Positions 52,323-64,000 of a stretch of DNA of 64,000 nucleotides are shown here, in pieces. The first letter of the stretch is position 1; every line of letters starts with the position of its first letter. The notes beneath the pieces were generated by a model. The model saw only the letters and a program-made list of their open reading frames with translations, made no database searches and was not told where the DNA came from. Source of the DNA: Eledone cirrhosa (Eukaryota); contig OZ024743.1 of assembly GCA_964016885.1 (NCBI GenBank), positions 8,618,001 through 8,682,000 of the forward strand, given 5' to 3'. The position numbers and the translations under genes are program-made.

Positions 52323-53598
52323 CCTATAGATAACCATAATCAAAATCACATTTGTTTCCCTTTAATGTAATATAGCTTGTATAGCCTATGACTACTGAAC
52401 AACAATCTAAAAATTAAAGCAAACTTGTTTATTTTTTATGTTTAATCAAGATTAAATCTATAATACATTTAAGTGCTAAAAGTTTTACATACGTAAGTAA
52501 AAATTAATTTTAATAATTATTTTTTTTTAATTTTATTTTATAGTAATTCGCAAATAGAAATATTTAGCCAAGTTCTAAGGAAGACAACTCCTAATTACTC
52601 AATTTTCAATATAACTAATGTGATATTTTTAAAATAACATCTAAGCTGATGCCCTTTTGCACATGTGCAAAATGCTCTCTCACACACACACACACACTTC
52701 TAGTATATATCAATTAAATTTATAAATTAGCAGGGGAAATATATTTGAAAGGATATGAACAGACTTACTCTGATTTTGGAGGGATGATTATACTTACCTC
52801 CAACGAAACAAAAAGTTATTGATATAGAGACAGACATGAAATGATTAATAAAAGAAAGTCTATCAGGATGCTAAGGCAATCACAGAGATGTGCCTGTAAT
52901 GTAATTATCTTCAAAATTAATGGTCTTTATCCATGAGACTAACCAAAAGGGAGATAAATCTTATAATCTGTCATGGGTAACATTACCAGACAACCTGATA
53001 CCAACACTCGACGGTTGAAAATACATGAAATGTTTATAGTCCAATTATTTACCCATTAGAACGTCTTTTATCACATTATAGAAAAGAATTAAAAAGGTGT
53101 TTAGTATGGCAATATAATCAACTTCTAAAAAAAAAATAAAAAAAAAAAAAATATATGTCTCAAGTTATTGGATCGAATTTAGGGCAGACTAAGATTAGTT
53201 CAATAGAGGTTACGTTTGTGCCGATAGATGTAAACAGACTATATATTATTAATGAAACAAGTACAAAGGAAGTTTTCAGTAAATAATTTTCAACTATTTT
53301 ATAAAGGAAAACTTAAAGACCTTTGATATTATGTTGTCATCAGTATTCTAATGGCCAAACTAGTTGAGAGCCAGGTTATTCAGGTCATTTATTTGGAAAG
53401 GGAGTACTGACAATGAAAATGAGTGAATAGTTTAGAATGCAAGTGGATGCTCATCAAGATTTTCTCTTCAATGCTTCCCATGTCATTAACACATTGGGTA
53501 TCAGAAGATAACTATTTAAGAAGAATCTAAAAATGAACTTCAAATTTTCTAAGTAGCTATGACTAAAGTATTAACTATTTAGCTAAGACCACAACTGA

Positions 53599-54738
53599 AT
53601 CATCATCACCGCTTTACGTCCGTCCGTTCTTCCACGCTAGCATGGGTTAGACGGGTTGTCCTGTTGTGGGCAGTGTCCGGTCGGGTGACCGATTCTGGCT
53701 TGATTTCTACGGCTGGATGCCCTTCCGAACACCAACCTCATTTACAGTGAGTGCTGGGTGTTTTTTTTCTGTGGCGCCTACACGTCCACTTTACAGTGTG
53801 GGCTGGGTGCTTTTTTGCCGTGGCACCTCCACGATCACTTTGCAGTGGGAGGGTGTGGGGCATATTGTCTATATGCTTCAGCTTGTACCCGTGGGGGGGG
53901 GGGGGGGTCTTCTGTATTACTGCGTGGCGCAAGAAATCACGGTCATATCGCCTTTGAGTGGTGAAATTGAGTAAGGTCAGCTTTTATCACCTCATCCCAG
54001 GTCTTCTTGGGTCTCCCCACTCCGCGGTTTCTATCGACGTCTAGTGCTCTGCACCTTTTTATGCAGCTGTCATCCTTCATACGCATCACATGTTCATACC
54101 AACGCAACCGCCATTCCTGCACACAGCATTTGATTCCTCTTATGCTCAGTCTCTCTCTCAATTCATTTATGCTTTGCCATTCGCGTATATTACTATTACA
54201 CATCCATCGGAGCATGCAGGCTTCGTTTCTTTCTAATCTACGCAAGTCTTCCACAGACAGCGCCCAGGTCTCACTACCATGTAACATTGCTGTTCGTATA
54301 CACGCATCATACAGTCTGCCTTTCATTTTGAGGGAAAAGTCTTTTGCAGCTAGCAGTGGTAGTAGCTCCCTGAACTTCTTCCATCCCGTTCTTACCCTAG
54401 TTATTGTACTTTCCGAACACCCACTTCCGCTGCTAATTCGGTCATCTAGGTATCAGAAGCTGTCTACTGTTTCTACAGAGCCCTCCCAGAGTTTGGTGGT
54501 ACTCGTTTCCTTAGCTGTTTGCTGCTTGCTGTCCCAGCACAGCTGCTACAAGTGAAGCCTACATTCTTAGTTAAGCTTCCTGAGATCCCGCTACATCTCT
54601 TGTGTACCCATTGTTTGCATTTGAGGCAGAGAATGGAGTTCATACCTACACCTTTCCTACATACTGAGCAAGGCCATTTCCCTGAGGGGATCTGGATTCT
54701 GTTTTCTCGTCTACTTACAAGGACCTTAGTCTTTGTCA
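53599..54738 (-). mobile_element. 5'-truncated RTE LINE with intact PHD-type finger
   Basis: KTKVLV..WPCSVC..CLKC..HKRC..CSSC followed by the RT C-terminus and 3'UTR. Same subfamily as 21836-22460. Confidence 0.92.
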
Positions 54739-56484
54739 TAACAATGAAATTATCCTTGATTGGTATGCATTAAGTATGTATGCAAAAACTCAAAACTGTG
54801 TGGTCAAGCTGAACAAAGAGTACAGTGAGATTAGCTGGAAAGTGAAATTATAGGTGTACCCAACATAGTAAAATAATCATCATAAGTGTTCCAAAGAGTT
54901 CATATTTAAATATCATTGTTGTTTAGATGGCTTACTGAAAAACAGCAGATAAAAACTAGCATGGAAAACGAACGTTAAATGATGATGATGAAAATGTGTT
55001 ACCAAGTATACAGACTAGGTTTTAAGAAGTTCAGAGAATGCTATCATTGTTGATAACAAAGTGCTTCTGTTTCTGTACAAAAGGCAGTCTATCTGATGAG
55101 GATGTAAACTTTGTGCAGAAGTAACAACATGGTCAAAGGGTTAACTCTGAGGTATGGCTATTGCTAGTGGAAAATTATGTGTGTAAAGAACATGATGCTA
55201 TATGAAAGTTAAACATAGACTGTGAATGGTGACTTATAAAACTTGGTAAGTGAATCTAATAGATAATTGCTGGAAGTTTAAAATTGTGATTAGGTGTCTA
55301 AGGTACTAGTTTAAAAACAAAAAGAATAGATGAGTTCTTTTATCATACAAGGTTCTGTGGGTTTGTGAACAAATTTGGGGATTCTGCAAGATAAGAAATA
55401 TGTTTTAAAAAAACTTTTTATAAAAATTTATTTTTTTATATGAATAAATTCTCTCCCTAAAACAATTTTTGTTTCATTTCAATTTCTTATATAAATTAGT
55501 GGTGGGATTTGTCCATGTTTTTTTTTGAAAATTATATGTGGGTTCCACAAAATAAGCTTGGGAAACACTGGAGTAGAGAGATATAAATGTTAACAGAAAA
55601 AGTGTTGTGGGCTAGAGATAGAAAATAACTGTTCTACTGAAGATGGCCTGCACAGGCTTGGTCAAACTAGAGAATATTGAACATCTGGGATGGGGGGGGG
55701 GGGGTCTTAGCTTTGAAAAGTATATATAAATATCAAAACAATACACATCTACACTTAAGTCATTCTGGAAATTTACCCATCAGTAAAGTTTTAAATGACA
55801 GTAAAATATATGAAGTAGGAGTATGTGCAGTATAAGCAAGTGAGAAAAAAGGCACTTGCTGAAAGGAAGATTAAATATATTTCATAGTAAGATACTAAAA
55901 CGAAAGAATATCATTATTTTTAATGGAAACTAGTTGAAAACTAAATAATAGCAATTCTAGGAAATTTAAATTGAAACACTTGCATGAGGAGGGGTTTCTT
56001 CTCTGGAGACCTATCTAGTTCTCTTGAATTTCTTACTACCTCATAACTAGATACACATAAAACACCAGATGACTATTAATCTTTAATGCTTATCAGGATT
56101 TGATAAGTATTGAAAGGGACAAGAAATGGTACAAATGTATTGTCAATTATAATCTGAGAACAGCTGAACTAATACATCAATCAAATCTTCATGAGATGAT
56201 ATCTACTGCCCAAAGTGATGTTGCTTACTTAATACATAAGGATTAGCAGCCTGGACTAACAGTTTAACAATATACAACATTTTCAATTGAACTCAAAAAG
56301 ACAGTGAAGAAAATTATGTAACTAATATGTGTTTGGTAACTAACATGTTAACTAAGGTTAGTTACCATTCTATACATTTGAGATCAAGAAAATAGATATT
56401 TTTAAAAGATTGGGATAAATGATCAAATACTTAAACTATCTAGTATTTGTTTGGCTAATCTCATGCTGTTTGATCAGAATATAC

Positions 56485-56877
56485 TAGGGGCTATTCAACA
56501 AACAACTAATACTTCAACTGCTACCATCACTAATACAACAACGCAATTCCTGTGAAGAAGTCTACACATAGCCTTACAGTTAGGGTGTTGGACTCACGGT
56601 CATAAAATCAATGGAACTATACAGGTTTAGCTGGTTTCCTATGAGGTTTCGGCATAAGTTTCTTGGTTGTTTTAATAACGGGCCCAGTCATATGAAAAGC
56701 AACATAAAAGGAAGTGTCTTGCTCAAGAACAAAACACATTGCCTGTTCCATTGATTTTATGACCGTGAGTCCAACACCCTAACTGTAAGGCTATGTGTAG
56801 ACTTCTTCACAGGAATTGCGTTGTTGTATTAGTGATGGTAGCAGTTGAAGTATTAGTTGTTTGTTGAATAGCCCCTA
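56485..56877. repeat. Perfect 133-bp inverted repeat with 127-bp spacer
   Basis: 56485-56617 is the reverse complement of 56745-56877. Confidence 0.95.
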
Positions 56878-56879
56878 TT

Positions 56880-57073
56880 ATTTGTAAAATGAAATAAAGC
56901 TTATAGTAAGTCATTCATATGACTTACTATAAGCTTTATTTCATTTTACAAATTGCTGTGTAAAAAGAAAAAAAATTTGAAATGAGATTTATAAGTCTCA
57001 TTTCAAATTTTTTTTCTTTTTACACAGCAATTTGTAAAATGAAATAAAGCTTATAGTAAGTCATATGAATGAC
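56880..57073. repeat. Overlapping hairpin and 164-bp palindrome
   Basis: 56880-56953 has 35-bp arms and a 4-nt loop. 56910-57073 is self-complementary around tta|taa with one mismatched pair. Confidence 0.95.
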
Positions 57074-57229
57074 ATCCCTTTAATTTTTCCTAGTCACTGA
57101 TCAGAACTTTCAATGCACAGAGCAAAAATATTTAGTATTCAAAGCTACTATGTAGCAATGAAGCTTATCTAACACGTTTTCAATATAATGTACTTTCACA
57201 ATGAGTAATTTACATAATGATTTCTGATT

Positions 57230-57398
57230 TAGAAACAGGCCAGCAAATTTGGGGGAGGAGAAAGGGAAAGTCAATTAAATCGACCCAAGTGCATGACTGG
57301 TACTTTATTTTATCAACCCCGTAAGGCTCAGAACATAAAGGGTTGTAACTATGCTGAAGCATGGTGTCCAACGCTCTACCGATACTGCCAATCCACCA
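57230..57398 (-). mobile_element. Nin/Deu-core SINE with internal deletion
   Basis: Matches the head and core of 16700-16886. Confidence 0.75.
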
Positions 57399-57523
57399 CT
57401 GTTTTACTGACAGAATAAGTAATATTTTATTTCTTCATCAAACTAACAAAGGTGTGTGTGTGTTTATGCTTACAATCCATGCTTAACTGGTTTTATTTGT
57501 GTATGCCTCATAAATGTCATCAA

Positions 57524-57569
<46 letters not shown>

Positions 57570-57599
57570 CAAGCGTGTGATAAGCCACATGCTCGTCAC

Positions 57600-59240
57600 A
57601 CATAGTAAATCAAGTATTACAGGATGGAGTGATACCCAATGTCTGACATAGCAACATAATCAACTGCTAGAAGGGCATTGGATTGAGGAAACTATAGAGC
57701 TATCAAGTTAATGGACCATGGTTTTGTCCTTTGAAAATGTATTACCTCAGTAATCTGGTGGGCTCTTCAAAATCTAAGAGTAGAAGAATGACTTGTGAAG
57801 GCCATATAAAAAGATACAGAGTTCCAGTTAATGGATACAGCAATAAATTTAGCATACAGGGCTCAGATCTCAGACCTTTCATGTTTATTATAATGATCTA
57901 GGCCATGATAAAAGAGTTTAAAACTGGCTACCCATAGGAACTCCTATATGCTAAAGACCTAGTTCTCATAGCTGCATCCTTAGCAATAATTGAAGAAATT
58001 TCAGGCATGCAAGTGAAAGAATGCACATAAAACAGGCTCTATCAAATGCTCAGATGGCTCCCTAGAAATAGTTAACAATTTCTGCTACCTTGGTGACCAA
58101 ATTAGTAATGGAGGTGGGTGTTCAGAAAATACAATAGCTAGGATGAGAACAGGTTGGAAAAGGTTCAGGGAATTACTACTACTGCTAACTACCAAATGGT
58201 TTTCTCTTAGAATGAAATACAAATTGTATTATGCCTGTTTACAAAATGCAGTGGAGAATAGAAGTGAAACTTGGGCACTGAATGCAGAGAATTTGCAGAC
58301 TGGTAGGAAATTAGGTGAACAAGTTTCAATGAATGTGTAACAGTAGTGTGCAAGAGTGACAAAGCATTAATGGACTGAGAAAAACTGAGCATAAGAATTG
58401 GATGCAGTATACAGGAGAGAAAACTGCATTGGTATGGCCATGTGATGCATATGAAGGATGAAATTGCATAAAGTGCAGTGCACTCAAAGTTGAGGGAACC
58501 TGTAGAAGACCTAAGATCAAACCATCTGGTGGTGTGCGATACTACAGAAAACTCACATCCATACACAAGCTGGATGAAAGGCAGAAAGATGTAATGCACA
58601 CTTGTTCTCTTCCTACCCCAACCACCTAGTCTCCCTCCTATTCACATACCTGGCTCCATGAGCGTGGGGATGATAGCTGGAAAAGGCAGAAGGATGTAAC
58701 ACTTAGGCTGTCTCTTTCATTACACACTCTTCACTATTTACCTCACCTAAACTTCCCTACCCCCACCATATTCTCCCTACCAAATTTATTCCCCTCCTCA
58801 TACAAACATGCCATGGAAAGCCAAGCTCACTCCACAACACCCCCGACGTCATTCATTTCATCTAAGGCCACCTCTCCTTCCATGGCCAGTAACAGATAAC
58901 CTAAACACTGTTCTCATCTCCTTCCCACTGTTCCCCCAGCCTGGCCAAGGAAACAAGTGCTCTCATATGGTAGTACTGACACAATAAAATGTGCTCAGCA
59001 CTCAGCCTACACTGAAATGTGGAAGTGTCAGTGTCAATATAATACATCCAGCCCACTCTGTAAAGTGCTAGTGCCATAAAAAAAAAAAAAATACCAAGTC
59101 TATCCTGTCAAGTGGTAGTGGTGGTGCTACACAGCCATAGAAACCATGCTAAAATGGAACATATGAGCAAGATAGTCATTCAACCTGCCTGTCTAGTTTC
59201 AGAGCATGACAATCCATGTAAGTATAGAAAATAGACAGTG
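57600..59240 (+). mobile_element. Old, multiply deleted RTE LINE
   Basis: NYRAIKLMD, ELLYAKD, FCYLGD and MRTGWKRFRELL remnants plus a degenerate 3'UTR. The PHD segment is missing. Confidence 0.75.
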
Positions 59241-59324
59241 TTAATTAAATATAAATATATATTGATTTACCCACAATGTATGTATGTGTATTTATATATT
59301 TATTATATAAATGTTTATTATGAT

Positions 59325-59615
59325 TGGCACTCTTACTGTCAATTGACCCTGAACATCTACTACATACAAAATCTTCCTTTCCTGTTAGTCTGTTTGTTAT
59401 CCCACTACACCTCCTGTGTGTCCAAGATTTGCATTGTGTTCATCATATAGAGTTTCTGCCAACTCCTTTTCTGCATATCGAGCAAGGCCACTTCCCTGAT
59501 GAGATCAGTGCTCCATCTTTCTATTAACATTTTAGTTTTTGCTAAATTCACTCTAAACCCTTTTGATTCTAAGTTGTGTTTCCACAGCTGGAATTTATTT
59601 TCTAGTTTTCCCAAA
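59325..59615 (-). mobile_element. RTE fragment covering the PHD-type finger
   Basis: LESKGFRVNLAKTK, then WPCSICRKGVGRNSI**TQCKSWTHRRCSG..FVCSRC. Confidence 0.8.
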
Positions 59616-60521
59616 CCTCCTTTTTAGCCTCTTTTCAAGTTATGTACAGATGTCACGTAACCTCTCTTTTAGCTACCTGGTACTGGTCTCTGCTGCCCTC
59701 ATTTTTCCAATCTTTTCATGCCTGTCTCTTGACTTTAATGGCTCTATCTACTGTGCTGTTCCATCACTAGGTCACCGTCTATCTGTCTGTTTGGCTGGTG
59801 CTTTGCAGCATTTGTGCCATACACAGAAACATATACAAAAATATATAATACGTGTGTGCGTTTACATGCAGCAAAACTATAATGCTTTAACAAATAGGAA
59901 ATGACCTAATTGACAAACCAATAACGAAAAAATAGCACATATTTGATGTATATGTCAGACAGACAGTTTTAACACTATTGGCAGATAATACTAACTTCTG
60001 GCAAGAATGAAAACATTTAATACACTCTAAATATAACAATTTTAGAATAATTTTGTCAGATTGTAGACTTTGTGAAACAGATGGACTAAAATGCATTATA
60101 ATCCTTATAATATAGCTTTATAATAAACTACAAGAATAAGTTTGCATTGCTTCAACATAAATTTTCCAGAGTATTAAAGAATTTCCTTTAATCAATAAAT
60201 TTTTTTAACAAAACACAAATTGAATAATTAAATAGATAACAATTCTGGTTAACTCAGGCAGAAAAAACTTAAACTTCTGTAAGCTTACACAATTTCTTTC
60301 TCAAGGGTCAAAATGATCAATAAATACTTAATACAGTAAATAACAAATCATGAAAATTTTACCAAATAATTTGTGCCAGAAGTATGAATATTATACTACT
60401 AATGAATTGTGGATCTTATGGTGTGCAAATTTTTATAATAAAATTTAGCCCAACAAAAATCCATTTAAGCATTACAAATTTTCTTTGGCCTATTTTTATA
60501 TGCGATCCAGTAACTGCACAC

Positions 60522-60856
60522 ATCATTTCATCATTCATTTCATTTTACGTCCACTTTTCCCTGCTTGCAAGGGTGGGACGGGAACTGATTCTGGCTTGAT
60601 TTCTACAGCTAGATGCCCTTCCTAACACCAACCTCATTTACAGTGAGTGCTGGGTGCTTTTTTGCCGTGGCACCTCCACGACCATTTTGCAATGGAATGA
60701 TAGGGACCCCAGTTCCTACCATCTCATTTCTACAGCTGAGTAAACTGGAGCAATGTGAAATAAAGTGCCTTGCTCAAGGAAACAACATCACCCAGTCTGA
60801 AAATTGAACTCAAAACCTTTCGATTGCAAGGCCAATGCTCTAACCACTAAGCCATA
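60522..60856 (-). mobile_element. tRNA-headed SINE with RTE tail
   Basis: Reverse complement very similar to 38413-38750. Confidence 0.88.
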
Positions 60857-61464
60857 GTTATTTCGCATTCAGAAGTATGCTCCTTGATTTGCTTTTAATT
60901 GAATTCATAAAATTAAATCTACATTCACAATAAGTAATAGAGGTTTGAAATGTCCAAATTCATGTTATTTGATTAAGTTTAGTGCAGAATAAAATGATTA
61001 GGTTTTAATGGAAGATGTGTTTGAACCAAAATATGCCAACAGTTGACATATTTGTAGTGAGACATGTACAAAGGAGGATGTCAGTAAAGAATATTCAGCA
61101 ATAGTTGAAAGTTTTTCAAAGTCAATATTTCTAAACAGTAAATGATTTAACTGAGCCACTTAACTTTCTCAAATATGACCATTTTTTAAATCTAAAAATA
61201 TTATTGAGATATTTTGTAGCCAGTTCTAAAATAGTTAAGTTCTTTTGCATTATTTGTTTCACACTAACTAGTACAAATTCAAAGGTTTTTGTAATCATAT
61301 TTTGTAAACCTTTTGATGTGCATGGCAATAACATAGAACATCTTAACCACACACCCACGCAGCTTAGAGGAAAATTTGCATATGATGTATTGACTGAAAA
61401 TAATGACCATTCTTTCATGTAAAGTATGTAGATACTAAGAAACGCTAACTAAAGTAATATGAAA

Positions 61465-61639
61465 ATAATTGTTTCCACCTTTGGCACAAGGCCATCAACT
61501 ACCCAGTACATTACTGGTACTTTATTTTATCGACCCCGTAAGGATGAAAGGCAAAGTTAACCTCGGCGGGATTTGAACTCAGACCGCAAAGGGACGTAAC
61601 TATGCTGGAAAGCATGGCGTCCAACCCTCTACCGATACT
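61465..61639 (-). mobile_element. Nin/Deu-core SINE, slightly 5'-truncated
   Basis: TSD tatgaaaataat (61458-61469, 61639-61650). Confidence 0.87.
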
Positions 61640-62279
61640 ATGAAAATAATATTAATCAATACAACTAACATAGATTTACTATTTACCACTACATAGTCTT
61701 AACAATGACACTTATACTAGAGAAAAAAAATACAGAATAGAAAGATATATAAATACTAAAAGGCAACATGTTGTAACCTAAATGAAAAAATTAGCCATAA
61801 ATACTTTAAATATTTATCAATAAAATAGAAACTGGGAGCCATGTCTAGATAATTTTAAAATTGTCTTAAAGTTGTGCGTAAAGGAAAGCATGCATGAACT
61901 TTTCCATGCTTGTATGGGTTGGACAAGACTTTACATGGCAATGTTTTATAACCAGATGCCTTTCTTGACATTAACCCCTTATGACAAGCAGGGAAACAGT
62001 ATACCTATTTTAAACTGAATACACACACCAGGGCAAAAATCAAATTTAAACAAATTTATATCAATGTTCCAAACATCAATAAAATATAAATACACAATAG
62101 TACAAACAACATATACTTCAATATGAAAATGCCATCTTAAGTCCATACAAGCAGCAGAAAAATAAGAAACCTGGAAACTGGTTGAAAATTGTACATATAA
62201 AAATAAAAGAGCTTGTAAAGTCACTAGAAATGCAAGACCTCACAATTACTGATGATCTCTCCTGGTAATATCACACCTA

Positions 62280-63000
62280 CAACAAAGCAAAAACTGAATT
62301 CTAAAGACTAGCCTTCCTTTTTAAAATCAGACAATGCTTCAGCTCATATCAGTTGCTAACTCTTAAGTGAAACTTACAATGAAATACTGCTCTCACATCA
62401 TTATCAAAATTTCCAATGATTGGTTTAGCCAGTCACTGAAGTTGTACTCGTGATGTTTTGGCAGTCAGCAAGTGTCATTGATCTGTATCTTCTGTCATAA
62501 GCAGAAGTGTCACAATATTGTGACCTGTCAATTTCTTGATATTGTCAGACCAAGATTTTATTTGCTTCCTCTTAGCTCTCTTTCAACTGTGCACTGAAAA
62601 AATATTTTGGGATAAGGAGTCATGGTGAAATGCATGTCTTTTTTATTGTTGCAAGGAGTGGTTCCTACCTGTCAGCATATTGACAACTTGTTGCTTGACA
62701 AAGATGTTTATCTTGTGCTCTGTGTAAAAGATTCATAACAGCCTTCTGAAGTACTTCATATATATAAGAGCACTAGATAAATCCTTTTTCCATTCAAATT
62801 GGGTTAGGTTTTTATGAGCAAAAAGCAAACTAACAATGTGATATATGAAGGACACTTGCACTGAACTCTAATAACTGCATGAATGTAAATTATCTTTTAG
62901 TAAATGTATATGTATATTTATCCTTAATAATCTATAAATATGTTTATCATGAGAAAACATAAATAGTTAGCAATGATCAATATGTGAACAGAAAACACTA
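62280..63000 (-). mobile_element. Possible hAT/GTF2IRD2-like transposase relic
   Basis: Weak frameshifted remnants resembling the DESTD and HC..H motifs. No intact ORF. Confidence 0.3.
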
Positions 63001-64000
63001 TCTGTAGATCATTGAATGTACACATTTTCAAGAAAATAGACATAACATATTTCAGTTGAGGTGTCAGAAAGAACATACAGCCTGTAAGGGATTATATCTG
63101 AAAATGGAGATGGAAACTGAAATACAAACTAAAAAAATTAATAGATTCAGAATATGCATTAACAAGCATATACAAAGTATAACTATGGACAGTATTTTAT
63201 AGACAGACATAATCATGAAAGAAACATTGATATTGTTATAAAAACTATCTGGACAAAATCCCAGAGAATTGTTTTATTTTTAATGATTTGGTCAAGAGAA
63301 AAAAAGCTGTGCCCATAACCTTCACAAGCCCTCTGAGAATGGTTAGATTAAAACACTATGTTTCTCTTGAGTACATACAAGATGGTTACAAAAAAATCAT
63401 GGACAGGAAAAAAATTCCAGAGAATTAATGTTATGAGGAGGCAGGACTAGAACAAGCGATTAATGTGGGAAGGGTGCTCAAAATGGATGATGAGGAGAGA
63501 TGAGTTAGGTAGTAGTAGAAGCCGCTGAGTAAGGAAACAGCACATTTAGGTGCAAGAGATTGGAGAGTGTTGGTGATTTCATGCCAAATAATTGATTAGC
63601 CTTTTCTTTTAAATGTCATCTAATATACTTATAGGGTTAAATAGCAGCTTTGACCCAGATGTGAGAGCAGTATTCCACCGCCGGTCTCACTTGATCTTTG
63701 TATAGGATTAGGAGCTGAAGCATTTTCTGACCTCCAAAAGAAAAGCCAATCTTTGTTAATTTGAAAATTGAGATCACCAGGATAGATCATCATTAATGAT
63801 AGGGCCTGGCTTTTCTAGCAACGTTGAGGGTTTACATTGCATTTGAGAGAGTGAGTACAAGATTCATTTCTTGAGAGGTATAGTAATTGTTTTTGTGCTG
63901 TAGAAGGGAACAAGATTAACATGACCCCATTGGAGCATGTTTTCAAGCATGTTTCTCTTCAGAGGTTTGGGTTGAGCTTGATCTTAAGAATAGTGTGACG

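Noticed and set aside
63400-64000. Possible LINE fragment at the window end
   Set aside because: Composition resembles the 9-kb relic but no diagnostic motif could be read.

Overview
AT-rich, CpG-poor, repeat-dense animal DNA. The SINE/LINE repertoire resembles that of octopod cephalopods (inference from recalled families, not from a search). One host gene can be rebuilt by hand: a Rap1 small GTPase on the minus strand. It has six coding exons (34221-34165, 20971-20903, 19537-19481, 16650-16510, 15079-14939, 13707-13615) encoding 185 aa, with effector loop YDPTIEDSY, Rap-type Thr61 and a CVLL CAAX end. There is also a 3'UTR intron and two candidate upstream in-frame exons. The rest is mostly mobile DNA: RTE-clade LINE copies with a PHD-type Cys4-His-Cys3 finger inside the reverse transcriptase and structured, repeated 3'UTRs; CR1-group LINE relics; two tRNA-headed SINE families; TTAA-flanked piggyBac-type MITEs; hAT-like relics; and mini- and microsatellites. 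A compound near-perfect inverted-duplication cluster lies at 56.5-57.1 kb. No CRISPR array, rRNA or true tRNA gene was seen.
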